Of a stretch of DNA of 64,000 nt, positions 26,026 to 35,573 are shown piece by piece (the first letter of the stretch is position 1; each line of letters starts with the position of its first letter). Source of the stretch: an uncultured Bacteroidales bacterium (GTDB lineage: Bacteria; Bacteroidota; Bacteroidia; Bacteroidales; Paludibacteraceae); contig CAMHOY010000014.1 of NCBI GenBank assembly GCA_946186915.1, forward strand, positions 1,243 to 65,242, read 5' to 3'. A program made the translations under genes and the position numbers. The notes beneath the pieces are model-generated. The model searched no databases and was not told where the DNA came from. It was given only the letters and a program-made list of their open reading frames with translations.

Positions 26026-27459
26026 ATGTATAGACAAACAATTGTTACTATTTTATTGATTTTAAGCGCTTTATGTGTGTGCGCGGAAGATAGCATCAAA
26101 GTGAGTGCCTCGGATCTGCAGGCGCTCATGCAACGTGTGGAACGCTTGGAACAAGCGCAGACGCATCCTCAAAAAGTGGGATACGCGGATAGTGTAGGCA
26201 GCGTTACGCGGCAACGCCGTTTTACGATCGGCGGTTACGGAGAGGTGACGGCGAAGCATTGTTTCTATTCCAACAACTACCTGCGTTACGGCAAGAATCC
26301 GGAGAAGTACGCGAATGACCATTATGGCGAGTTTGATCTGCCGCATGTAGTTATCTACATGGGATATGACTTCGGTCACGGCTGGAGTGTCGGTACGGAG
26401 ATCGAGTTCGAGCACGGCGGCACGGAGAGTGCCATCGAGATCGAGGAGGAAGAAGGCGGTGAATACGAGAGCGAGATAGAGCGAGGCGGTGAAGTGGCGT
26501 TGGAGCAGTTCTGGTTGCAGAAAGCGTTCAACCGCTATGCCATCCTGCGTGCGGGAATGCAGGTCATTCCGGTCGGCGGATTGAATGCGCACCATGAGTC
26601 AACGGAGTATTTTGGCGTTTATCGCAACGAGGGTTCATTCACAATTATCCCGAGTACCTGGCATGAGGTGGCATTGACGTTTATGGGCAGTACGCAGAAC
26701 GGCTGGCACTATCAGGCGATGTTCCTGCCGGGACTGGACAGCGACCGTTTTAACCGGAAGAACTGGATTAAGCCTGGGGCAGGAAGTCCGTATGAGTTCA
26801 AGTTGGCGAACGTCTTTGCCGGAATGGCGCGGGTTGATTATACAGGCGTCAAAGGCTTAAGACTGAGTTTGAGCGGTTATTGCGGCAACTCGTTCCGTAA
26901 CACGCTCAGTAAGAGCAATGCCGAACTGGACGCGAGTGCGTACAAGGATGTCAAGGGAACAGTTTCTATAGGTGCGTTTGACTTTGCATACAAGGACCAC
27001 GGAGCCATTGTACGCGGTGAGTTTCTCTATGGTCACTTGAGTGATGCCGCTGCTATCACGCAGTACAACATCTCAATGCGCAAGGGTAGTGTCAGTTCCA
27101 AGCAATGGGTGGCGTCTGACGCGTTGGCGGCTGGTATTGAGGCAGGCTATGATTTCTTCAGCCTGAATAGAAAACTGGTTGAGAAAAAGCAGGCCTTTTA
27201 CCTCTTTGCGCGGTACGACTACTATGACTCCATGTTCCGCTACGACAACAAGCCTACTGACATGTACGCTTGGTGCGGCAGGCATCGCTTGGCGGTGGGA
27301 ATCAACTATTTCCCCATCAAGCAGATCGGCGTAAAGGCGGAGTTCTCGTACGGCATCTTAAAACAAGGTACGCGCGCGGACGGTACGCGCGGCAAACTAT
27401 ATAACGACGAGCCGCAAATAGCAGTAGGCATCGTCTATGCAGGATTTTACCAATTATAA
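26026..27459 (+). CDS. outer-membrane porin-like beta-barrel protein
   Basis: Signal peptide MYRQTIVTILLILSALCVCA, an N-terminal coiled-coil segment, beta-strand periodicity and a C-terminal aromatic residue. I moved the start to the ATG at 26026. Confidence 0.55.
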   Translation: MYRQTIVTILLILSALCVCAEDSIKVSASDLQALMQRVERLEQAQTHPQKVGYADSVGSVTRQRRFTIGGYGEVTAKHCFYSNNYLRYGKNPEKYANDHYGEFDLPHVVIYMGYDFGHGWSVGTEIEFEHGGTESAIEIEEEEGGEYESEIERGGEVALEQFWLQKAFNRYAILRAGMQVIPVGGLNAHHESTEYFGVYRNEGSFTIIPSTWHEVALTFMGSTQNGWHYQAMFLPGLDSDRFNRKNWIKPGAGSPYEFKLANVFAGMARVDYTGVKGLRLSLSGYCGNSFRNTLSKSNAELDASAYKDVKGTVSIGAFDFAYKDHGAIVRGEFLYGHLSDAAAITQYNISMRKGSVSSKQWVASDALAAGIEAGYDFFSLNRKLVEKKQAFYLFARYDYYDSMFRYDNKPTDMYAWCGRHRLAVGINYFPIKQIGVKAEFSYGILKQGTRADGTRGKLYNDEPQIAVGIVYAGFYQL

Positions 27460-27471
27460 AATAGTTACATT

Positions 27472-28644
27472 ATGAGAAAGATTTTCAAGTTGGCACTGAG
27501 TGCCGCATGCGTCATGGGAATGGCGGCATGTAACAATGGAGGAACCGATGTCAAGTCGGACAAGGAAACGGCGTTGCAACAAGCAGTAACGCCGTACGTT
27601 AACAACACGGTCATTGCGACTTATAAGTATATGGCTGACGCCGGAGTGACGTTGCTGGAGCAGACACAAACGATTCTTGAGAAAGTGGAGAAAGGAGAGG
27701 ATTATACCCAGCAAATGAAAGATGCAGGTACATCGTGGCGTTTGATGCGTAAGTACTGGGAGCAGAGTGAGGCTTTCCTTTATGGTCCGGCTTTTCACCA
27801 CTCTATCGACCCGCATATCGACAGTTGGCCGTTGGATTTTAACCAGATGAATGCGCTGCTCAACGACCCCGTCCGCATGGCGCAGTTGGAAGAGGATGGC
27901 GGTCGGTATGTCGGCGATGTGCTCGGCTATGCCCTCAAGGGCTTCCATGCCTGCGAGTTCCTGCTGTTTGAGTCGGTTATGCAAGACGGTCGTGCGGTAG
28001 GTACCGGTCGTCCCCATGCGGCTAACCTCACCCATGCCGAGGCGGTTTATCTGAACGCTATCGTAGAGGACCTCGTTCAACAGGCCATCCTGCTCGAGTA
28101 CGCATGGGCAGGCGAAGTGAGTGATGAGAAGATGGCGTTGCTCGAAGAAGCCGAGATAGAGCCGTTTGAAGATCACTACGGAGAGCAGATGATCAACGCC
28201 GGTAAAGCGGGATCGATCTATGTGAGCTATCAGGATGTAGCCGAAGAGATTATCGCGGGTTGCGTGGACATAGCCGGCGAAGTGGCGGACCTGAAGATGG
28301 GTAACCCGTATATAAGCAGTACCGCGGAGGAACGCGATTATATCGAGAGCCCGTACAGTTGTACCTCCACTGAAGATTTTGCGGATAATATCCGTTCCAT
28401 CCAGCACGCTTACTGCGGTGCGCAGACGGGTGACCTATCCGTGTCCAATTATATTTATCGTCAGGATGCCGAACTGGATGCATCCGTGCGCAAAGCAATC
28501 CAAGAGGCAATAGAGGCGATTGAGAAGATTGACAACTTTGAGAACACCGCGCAGAACAACCCGCAGGTCAAAGCGGCGATAGACAAAGTGGCTGCGCTCG
28601 AAGACTTGCTCAATGACGAAGTCATGCCGCTATTGTCGAAATAA
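27472..28644 (+). CDS. imelysin (peptidase M75 / EfeO-like) family lipoprotein
   Basis: Lipoprotein signal ..GMAAC and the GxHxxE motif (KGFHACEFLLFE). Confidence 0.75.
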   Translation: MRKIFKLALSAACVMGMAACNNGGTDVKSDKETALQQAVTPYVNNTVIATYKYMADAGVTLLEQTQTILEKVEKGEDYTQQMKDAGTSWRLMRKYWEQSEAFLYGPAFHHSIDPHIDSWPLDFNQMNALLNDPVRMAQLEEDGGRYVGDVLGYALKGFHACEFLLFESVMQDGRAVGTGRPHAANLTHAEAVYLNAIVEDLVQQAILLEYAWAGEVSDEKMALLEEAEIEPFEDHYGEQMINAGKAGSIYVSYQDVAEEIIAGCVDIAGEVADLKMGNPYISSTAEERDYIESPYSCTSTEDFADNIRSIQHAYCGAQTGDLSVSNYIYRQDAELDASVRKAIQEAIEAIEKIDNFENTAQNNPQVKAAIDKVAALEDLLNDEVMPLLSK

Positions 28645-28682
28645 GAACAAGGATTAGAGTTTAGAGATTAAAGTTTAGAGAT

Positions 28683-30266
28683 ATGAAAAAAGAATTTTTA
28701 TTAATGGCTTTGTTTGCCGCTGTTATGGTTGGTTGCAGGCCGGGAGAAGGCGGTGGAGAAGAGCCGCAGACTGACATGCCGGACTGGTACTACACCGGTG
28801 GTAAGTTAGGAACGACGACGAACACCTCTTCCATGACGTTCCGTCAGCCCACACCGGCAACGGAACAGGCCGGATTGGGTGGTTTGTTCGCGCAAGGCGA
28901 TAATATCGCCGAGAAAGATTTCGTGACCAATACGACAGGTCGTCAGCATGGTTTGGGACCGGTTTATGTACGTGCATCGTGCCAGCATTGCCACCCGAAT
29001 TACTCGCATGGCACGTCTGTTCCGGAAGGAGTGTATAATGCCAAAGATCAAGGCAACGGAACGCTCCTCGTGGTCATTAATCCCCAGACACAGGCTTATG
29101 TGCCGTGGTTAGCCGGCATGCCGCAACTCTTCGGAGCAAAGCCCTTCAAGGCTCCGTTAGATCCCGACCAGATTACCGTCACATGGAAGACCGCGACGGA
29201 CGAGCACGGCAATAAGTTCGCTGATGGCGAGACGTATGAGTTGCGTTACCCGGAGGTGAAGATGCCCAAGACGGCTGTCTATGTCTATAACCAAGGTTAC
29301 CGCGATCCGGACGGCTTGCTGGAGAGCGAGGGATATGAGGTGAAGTTAGAGAACACAATCGGTGTATATGGTTCCGGTCTGTTGGACGCTATTCCTGATC
29401 AGGACATCATCGACCAGTACGCCAAAGAGGCAGCTGACGGCAAGTTGAAGAATGGTCTCAACCCTGCTTTCTGGGACGGCACTTTCCAAACGACCGGTTA
29501 TTACAAGAACGATCCGCAGTGGGGGCCTAAGCGCTTCACGTACGCCCTGACACGTGGTCCTATCATGGATGCCGCAGGTGCGAATGCTATCTGGAATATC
29601 ACTAACGTCACCCGTAGCGACCGCAAGTATCACTACCTGGATCTCAACGGAAAGATTTATGCCGAGTATGCATCGAAAGATCCGGAAGTGCAGGCAGAGT
29701 TCGGTACGCAGGAAGAGATATATAACTATCTGACGAGCAAAGAACTGCCGGTAGAGATGACCGACGAGGAGTTTACGCAAGTCATGGTATGGCACCGCGG
29801 ACTGGCTGTTCCCGCAGCGCGTAACGTGACCGACCCCAAAGTGCTGAAAGGTAAGGAGTTGTTCACCCAGATCGGGTGCGATTACTGTCATCGTCCTACA
29901 TGGACTACCGGACCGGACGAGGTGCGTGACCCGAACAATTTCCCGGTTACCGCTCAGATGCCGCGTTACCCGAATCAGAAGATATGGTCATATACCGACA
30001 TGGTGCAGCATAAGCTGTGTATGGAGAATGATATCCGAACCGGATGGTGCCGTACAACACCGCTCTGGGGACGTGGCCTGCATAAAAAAGCAACGGGTGA
30101 CAAATACGAGGCGCGTATGCATGACACTCGTGCGCGCAACGTCATCGAAGCAATCATGTGGCATGGGTACAGTCAGGAGAGTGATGCGTACTACCCGACA
30201 CAGCAGTTCTATAAACTGAATAAAGAAGACAGAGATGCAATCGTGGCTTTCATCAATGCGATCTAA
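28683..30266 (+). CDS. di-haem cytochrome c enzyme, DUF1111 family (peroxidase-like)
   Basis: Two CxxCH haem sites (CQHCHP, CDYCHRP) and a lipoprotein signal ..MVGC. Confidence 0.8.
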   Translation: MKKEFLLMALFAAVMVGCRPGEGGGEEPQTDMPDWYYTGGKLGTTTNTSSMTFRQPTPATEQAGLGGLFAQGDNIAEKDFVTNTTGRQHGLGPVYVRASCQHCHPNYSHGTSVPEGVYNAKDQGNGTLLVVINPQTQAYVPWLAGMPQLFGAKPFKAPLDPDQITVTWKTATDEHGNKFADGETYELRYPEVKMPKTAVYVYNQGYRDPDGLLESEGYEVKLENTIGVYGSGLLDAIPDQDIIDQYAKEAADGKLKNGLNPAFWDGTFQTTGYYKNDPQWGPKRFTYALTRGPIMDAAGANAIWNITNVTRSDRKYHYLDLNGKIYAEYASKDPEVQAEFGTQEEIYNYLTSKELPVEMTDEEFTQVMVWHRGLAVPAARNVTDPKVLKGKELFTQIGCDYCHRPTWTTGPDEVRDPNNFPVTAQMPRYPNQKIWSYTDMVQHKLCMENDIRTGWCRTTPLWGRGLHKKATGDKYEARMHDTRARNVIEAIMWHGYSQESDAYYPTQQFYKLNKEDRDAIVAFINAI

Positions 30267-31353
30267 ACCCGCGACTTGGTTGCTGCACATTGCTCTGGGG
30301 ACAATCGTCCTCGGAGCGTGTGTGACGCATTTCTTTGGTGTGCAAGGAGAAATACACCTTCGTGCAGATAAGGCCGAGACGCTGACCGTTAACCCGTTCA
30401 ACAGGACACATTCCCTTTCTCTCTTCCTATGGGATTTTCAAGTGGTCTATGATGCTTCCGATAACCCTGTGGATTTCGTTTCGGACTTGCGGTTGTTGGA
30501 TAGAGGAAAATCACAAAGCGCCAATGACAAATCACAAATAACAGTGGATGAGGGGACTGTGCAGATGAACAAACCGCTCAAGTATCATGGTTTTCGTTTC
30601 TGTCAGTCGGATTATGATAGCGACCTGCAGGGCGTGGTCTTTTCGTATAACTACGACCCGTGGGGTATTGGCATCACATATGCCGGCTATGCTCTGCTGC
30701 TGTTGGGAATGTTGGTGTTTTTCTTTCAGAGACATAGCCGTTTCCGGGCATTGCTGAATCAGTCTGTATTCCGTCAGCACAGCGGTCTTTATGCAGTCAG
30801 TGCAGTGGTTCTGATTATCGTGCTTGCGGTCATCATGACGCGTGTCGTCACTCCCAAACCGCCTCTGGAACCGGTTCTGCAGACGCCTCTGTTGGGTATT
30901 CATGTCTCGGTGATTATGTTGTCATATACGCTTTTTGCCATCATGATGGTGAATGGTATACTCGGCATCTATGCGGTTATAGCTCAGAAAAAAGCAACGG
31001 GGTTGCGAAAAGAAAAACTTTCAACTTTTAACTTTCAACTTTCAACGGTATCGCAGATACTTCTTTACCCTGCGGTGTTCTGCCTGGCTGCAGGCATCTT
31101 CATTGGTGCGGTTTGGGCGAATCTGTCATGGGGAAGGTATTGGGGCTGGGACCCGAAAGAAACATGGGCCCTGATTACCCTGCTGGTCTATGCCTTACTC
31201 CTTCATTGGCCGTGGATTAAGAAGTATTCAGCCGTCAGCAGGCAGCATTCAGACATCCTCTACCATGTCTTGTGCGTAGTAGCTTTTCTGTTTGTCCTCT
31301 TCACGTATTTCGGAGTGTCTTACCTCCTCGGAGGACTTCATTCGTATGCTTGA
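30235..31353 (+). CDS. cytochrome c assembly protein, CcsA/ResC-like with a short ResB-like N-terminus
   Basis: Trp-rich haem-handling motif WGRYWGWDPKETWALITLLVY and multiple TMs. The start is uncertain (30235 or 30256). Confidence 0.75.
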   Translation: MQSWLSSMRSKPATWLLHIALGTIVLGACVTHFFGVQGEIHLRADKAETLTVNPFNRTHSLSLFLWDFQVVYDASDNPVDFVSDLRLLDRGKSQSANDKSQITVDEGTVQMNKPLKYHGFRFCQSDYDSDLQGVVFSYNYDPWGIGITYAGYALLLLGMLVFFFQRHSRFRALLNQSVFRQHSGLYAVSAVVLIIVLAVIMTRVVTPKPPLEPVLQTPLLGIHVSVIMLSYTLFAIMMVNGILGIYAVIAQKKATGLRKEKLSTFNFQLSTVSQILLYPAVFCLAAGIFIGAVWANLSWGRYWGWDPKETWALITLLVYALLLHWPWIKKYSAVSRQHSDILYHVLCVVAFLFVLFTYFGVSYLLGGLHSYA

Positions 31354-31396
31354 TTACATGATGCCACCCAAAATATAGAGAAAAATGTCATAATAA

Positions 31397-31428
31397 TTTG
31401 CGTATATCAGATAATTGTCGTACATTTG
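31397..31428 (+). promoter_or_regulatory. promoter of the GH97 gene
   Basis: TTTG at 31397-31400, 20 bp, then TACATTTG at 31421-31428. Confidence 0.6.
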
Positions 31429-31448
31429 CAACGAAAATTACAATTACC

Positions 31449-33443
31449 ATGAGACGAGTTGTTTTTCTCTTGCTATGTACGCTGTTGATGTTGTCTTGCG
31501 GCACGAAGCATGTCAGTTCGCCGGATGGCGGTATAGAAGTGTTTTTCCGTCTGACGGATGAAGGTGTTCCCCAATACCGTGCAATGCAAGACGGTGCGCC
31601 GGTGATAGAATGGTCCGCGATGGGACTGGTGACTGCGGAACAGGACCTGACGCAGGGTTTTCGCGTGTTGCGGACAGAGCGTTCTTCTTTCAGCGACCGT
31701 TGGGAAACGGTATGGGGCGAAGAGCGTTGGATCACGGACAATCACCGCGAGTGGCGCGTGGCATTGCAGCATACCTCCGGCCGGCGGATGGATATACTCT
31801 TCCGTGTGTTCGATGACGGTTTTGCTTTCCGTTATGTTTTCCCGGATGCTGATGGCCCGATGATTGTCATGGATGAAGCGACGGAGTACCGTTTTGCGCG
31901 GAATCATGAAGCTTGGTCTATCCCATGGCGCACGGAATATTATGAAGGGATATGGAGAAAGTCGCCTGTCAGCAATCAGCCTTCGCCCATCAGCGGGGAC
32001 ACACTTTGTTCTCCGGTAACCATTGAGCGTTCCGATGGAGGGTATATATTCATTCATGAAGCGGCGTTGACCGATTATCCGGCGCAAAATCTCTATACGC
32101 AGGATGGCGCATTACGAACCTATCTCACGCCATGGATGGAGAAGGGAAAAACCACCGGTATAAAGGCCTATGTAACAGCTCCTTTTGCTACTCCCTGGCG
32201 CATGGTTATCATGGCCCATGACTTGCAGGAGATGGTGGCAAGCCGAATCATGCTCAACCTGAACGAACCATGCCGGATAGACGACACATCGTGGATCAAA
32301 CCGATGAAGTTCATGGGTATATGGTGGGGCATGCACATGAAGTCGATGACTTGGGAACAGGGCCCTCTTCATGGTGCTACCACGGAGAACATGACGCGAT
32401 ATATGCGTTTTGCGAAAGCCCATGGTATAGATGCTGTGCTGGCAGAAGGATGGAACAAAGGGTGGGAGGACTGGAAGCATTTCTCCTTCACCGAACCGTA
32501 TGATGACTGGGACATGGACTACCTGAGTCGTTTGGCTGACAGTCTGGGAGTGCAGATCATCGGGCATAACGAGACAGGAGGCAACGCTGCTGATTATGAG
32601 GAGGTATTGGATGAAGCGTATGCGTATCATCAGGCGCATGGTATCCATGTCATCAAGACGGGTTACGTAGCCCCCATCATTCGTACGAAGGATGGACTGC
32701 AATGGAATAAAGGGCAGTCGGGCGTTCGCCACTACCGCAAGGTGATTGAGACGGCGGCAAAATACCGTATATGCATCGATAACCACGAACCCGTCATGCC
32801 GACAGGTCTGCAACGCACCTATCCGAATCTGATGTCGCAGGAAGGAGTGCGCGGACAGGAGTGGAACGCATGGAGTGCCGATGGCGGCAGTCCTTGCGAG
32901 CATGTGACGGTGCTGCCTTTCACGCGTATCATGGCCGGGCCGGTGGATTATACGCCGGGAGTGTTTGCCTTCGAAAACCCCGCAATGCCTCAGACGCGTG
33001 TTCACTCGACTTTGGCGAATCAGTTGGGCCTGTTCGTCTGCTTGTACAGTCCGCTGCAGATGGCTTGTGACCTGCCTGAAAACTACAGCAAGCACCCTCA
33101 GGCGTTCGCCTTCATTGAGACAGTGCCGTGCGACTGGGAGCGCTCAATGCTATTGGACGGCAAGATAGGAGACTTCTGTGTCTTTGCCCGTCAGGAGCGT
33201 GGAAGTGCGCGTTGGTTCATAGGCGGTATAACCGATGAGCAAGCCCGCGAAGTGACGATTCCGCTGGCGATGTTAGAGGCAGGAAAAACGTATCTGGCTA
33301 CCATCTATCACGATAGTGACGATGCCGATTGGCAGACAAATCCGTATGGATTGACAATCGAACAACGTGAGGTGTGCAGTACCGACACGCTTCGTCTGCG
33401 TATGGCCTCCGGCGGCGGTCTGGCAATAGCCATCCGCCTATAG
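31449..33443 (+). CDS. glycoside hydrolase family 97 (alpha-glucosidase/alpha-galactosidase type)
   Basis: Lipoprotein signal MRRVVFLLLCTLLMLSC and GH97 blocks (IKTGYV, NHEPVMPTGLQRTYPNLMSQEGVRGQE). I moved the start to the ATG at 31449, downstream of the promoter. Confidence 0.85.
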   Translation: MRRVVFLLLCTLLMLSCGTKHVSSPDGGIEVFFRLTDEGVPQYRAMQDGAPVIEWSAMGLVTAEQDLTQGFRVLRTERSSFSDRWETVWGEERWITDNHREWRVALQHTSGRRMDILFRVFDDGFAFRYVFPDADGPMIVMDEATEYRFARNHEAWSIPWRTEYYEGIWRKSPVSNQPSPISGDTLCSPVTIERSDGGYIFIHEAALTDYPAQNLYTQDGALRTYLTPWMEKGKTTGIKAYVTAPFATPWRMVIMAHDLQEMVASRIMLNLNEPCRIDDTSWIKPMKFMGIWWGMHMKSMTWEQGPLHGATTENMTRYMRFAKAHGIDAVLAEGWNKGWEDWKHFSFTEPYDDWDMDYLSRLADSLGVQIIGHNETGGNAADYEEVLDEAYAYHQAHGIHVIKTGYVAPIIRTKDGLQWNKGQSGVRHYRKVIETAAKYRICIDNHEPVMPTGLQRTYPNLMSQEGVRGQEWNAWSADGGSPCEHVTVLPFTRIMAGPVDYTPGVFAFENPAMPQTRVHSTLANQLGLFVCLYSPLQMACDLPENYSKHPQAFAFIETVPCDWERSMLLDGKIGDFCVFARQERGSARWFIGGITDEQAREVTIPLAMLEAGKTYLATIYHDSDDADWQTNPYGLTIEQREVCSTDTLRLRMASGGGLAIAIRL

Positions 33444-33470
33444 CAGAAAAGTGATTTTTTTGCTCAAAAA

Positions 33471-33502
33471 TTTGCACATGTCAAAAAAAAGCAGTACCTT
33501 TG
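33471..33502 (+). promoter_or_regulatory. promoter of yceD-rpmF
   Basis: TTTG at 33471-33474, 20 bp, then TACCTTTG at 33495-33502. Confidence 0.6.
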
Positions 33503-33519
33503 CAGCCGATTTTGCACCT

Positions 33520-33969
33520 ATGAGCGAGCAGAACCACTATATCGTCGATCTGAAACGCCTGCCTTTAGGCACGCATCTATTTGATTTTCAGTTAGATAGC
33601 GATTTCTTTTCTTCTCTTGAGAAGACGGAGATAATCAGCGGTGACGTGGCATGCAAAGCGGTGCTTAATCTCCGGGAGGAGGATTATCAGCTCAATATTA
33701 CGGTTCATGGAACTGTGTTTGTTGTGTGTGACAGATGCCTTGACCCGATGCCCCTTGAAATAGACGATGAGCAGGAGATATTTTCGGAAGACGAAGAAAT
33801 GTCAAATGACAAATCTCAAATGTCAACTATTGATCTCTCCTGGCTTGCATATGAAATAGTAAGTATCAATATTCCGATCGTTCACAGTCACCAAGCGGGT
33901 GAGTGCAACAAGCAGATGGAACTTCTCCTCCATGATCACCTTTGTGATGAACCGGATCCCGAAAATTGA
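33520..33969 (+). CDS. DUF177 (YceD-like) protein
   Basis: It has the conserved position upstream of rpmF and a CDRC...metal-site motif. I moved the start to the ATG at 33520. Confidence 0.7.
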   Translation: MSEQNHYIVDLKRLPLGTHLFDFQLDSDFFSSLEKTEIISGDVACKAVLNLREEDYQLNITVHGTVFVVCDRCLDPMPLEIDDEQEIFSEDEEMSNDKSQMSTIDLSWLAYEIVSINIPIVHSHQAGECNKQMELLLHDHLCDEPDPEN

Positions 33970-34152
33970 TCAATATAGAATAAACGTATTGTAAAATAAT
34001 TAATTCCTCTTCACTGGTTAAGAGGCGCCCTTTAACCTACGGACGGAAACCAAGGAACGTAGTGACTGTTTGCGGACGTAAGCGCGAGGGCATGATGTAG
34101 CGCTATCACGAGGGCTTTGCCCGAAGTCGCGCGAGTCATAGCCAGCAGCGCA

Positions 34153-34335
34153 ATGGCACATCCTAAAAGAAGACAATCGCACACCCGCCAAGCGAAACGT
34201 CGTACCCATGACGTAGTGAAGGCTCCGACATTGGCAACATGTCCGAACTGCGGTGCACTTCACATTTACCACACTGTCTGCCCGTCCTGTGGCTATTACC
34301 GTGGCAAATTGGCAGTCGAGAAAGCAGAGGCTTAA
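34153..34335 (+). CDS. rpmF: 50S ribosomal protein L32
   Basis: MAHPKRRQSHTRQAKRRTHD..CPNCG....H.VCPSCGYY. I trimmed the start to the conserved MAHPKR. Confidence 0.9.
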   Translation: MAHPKRRQSHTRQAKRRTHDVVKAPTLATCPNCGALHIYHTVCPSCGYYRGKLAVEKAEA

Positions 34336-34360
34336 TCGAGGTGAGAAGTGAAAAGTGAAA

Positions 34361-34407
34361 GGTGAAAGGTGGTTGTCCCCCTTTTGCCTTTTCACCTTAT
34401 TTTATTT
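34361..34407 (+). terminator. rho-independent terminator after rpmF
   Basis: GGTGAAAGG-N17-CCTTTTCACC followed by TTATTTTATTT. Confidence 0.6.
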
Positions 34408-34487
34408 AACGCGTGCGTGAGCACGTATGTGACCCGTGAGAGTCACTTGGGAAAATGTTTAATGTTTAATGTTAATGTGTAAAGAAC

Positions 34488-35474
34488 ATGTTTGACAACC
34501 ATTCCAACAATGAGGGAGAACGTCGGCCTCGTCCGCGCTTTCATCGTGACGGAGAACAGCCGTCCCGTCCTCGTTTCCAGCGCGACGGAGACTATCAGTC
34601 CCGCCCGCGGTTTCAACGCGAAGGCGATGAGCAACGCCCTCGTTTTCATCATGACGGCGAGCGCCGTCCGAACCGTCCGTTCGGCAAACCTAAACGTAAC
34701 GACGGACTCTATTCCGAGCGTAAACAACTGAACTATCGTCAGCAGCACGAGGATCCGACGAAGCCGATTCGTCTGAATAAATATCTGGCCAATGCCGGTA
34801 TCTGTTCCCGTCGCGAAGCCGATGATTTTATTCAGGCCGGCGTAATCACCGTGAATGGCCAGGTAGTGGATAATCTGGGTGTGAAGGTGCTCCCGACCGA
34901 TGAAGTGCGTTTTCATGACCAGCCTGTACGCCGCGAGCGCAAGGTGTATATTTTGCTTAATAAACCCAAGAACACGGTAACAACAACCGATGATCCGCAA
35001 GAGCGTCACACGGTGATTGATATCGTTCGCAATGCCTGTGCGGAGCGAATCTATCCGGTGGGTCGCCTGGACCGTAACACAACCGGCGTACTGTTGCTTA
35101 CTAATGATGGTGATCTGGCCGCCAAACTGACCCATCCGAAATTTCATAAGAAAAAGATCTATGCCGTGACGCTGGATAAGGAGTTGGATGAAGTGGATGA
35201 GGCAATCATCCGTACCGGAGTGGTGCTGGATGATGAGCGAATCACTCCCGATGCACTGGAGTTTCCGAAAGGTGACCGCAAACATATCGGTCTGGAGATT
35301 CACTCGGGCCAGAATCGTGTAGTGCGCCGTATCTTTGAGAAAGTAGGATATAAGGTGGTTAACCTTGATCGCGTCTCTTTCGCCGGCCTGACGAAGAAGA
35401 ACGTAGGCCGTGGCAAATGGCGTTTCCTGACGCCCAAAGAGGTCGCTTTCCTGCAAATGGGTAATTTTGACTAA
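34488..35474 (+). CDS. RluB/RsuA-family pseudouridine synthase with an Arg-rich repeat N-terminus
   Basis: S4 domain IRLNKYLANAGICSRREAD and the catalytic motif VGRLDRNTTGVLLLTNDG. The N-terminus has RPRF(H/Q)RDG repeated four times. Confidence 0.85.
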   Translation: MFDNHSNNEGERRPRPRFHRDGEQPSRPRFQRDGDYQSRPRFQREGDEQRPRFHHDGERRPNRPFGKPKRNDGLYSERKQLNYRQQHEDPTKPIRLNKYLANAGICSRREADDFIQAGVITVNGQVVDNLGVKVLPTDEVRFHDQPVRRERKVYILLNKPKNTVTTTDDPQERHTVIDIVRNACAERIYPVGRLDRNTTGVLLLTNDGDLAAKLTHPKFHKKKIYAVTLDKELDEVDEAIIRTGVVLDDERITPDALEFPKGDRKHIGLEIHSGQNRVVRRIFEKVGYKVVNLDRVSFAGLTKKNVGRGKWRFLTPKEVAFLQMGNFD

Positions 35475-35573
35475 CCACACCGAAACTTACCACGCCGAAG
35501 GCGTAACAAAAAATCGTGCCCTCGTGGCTAAGAAAAAATCGTGCCCTTGTGGCTAAGAATTAGAAATTAGAAA

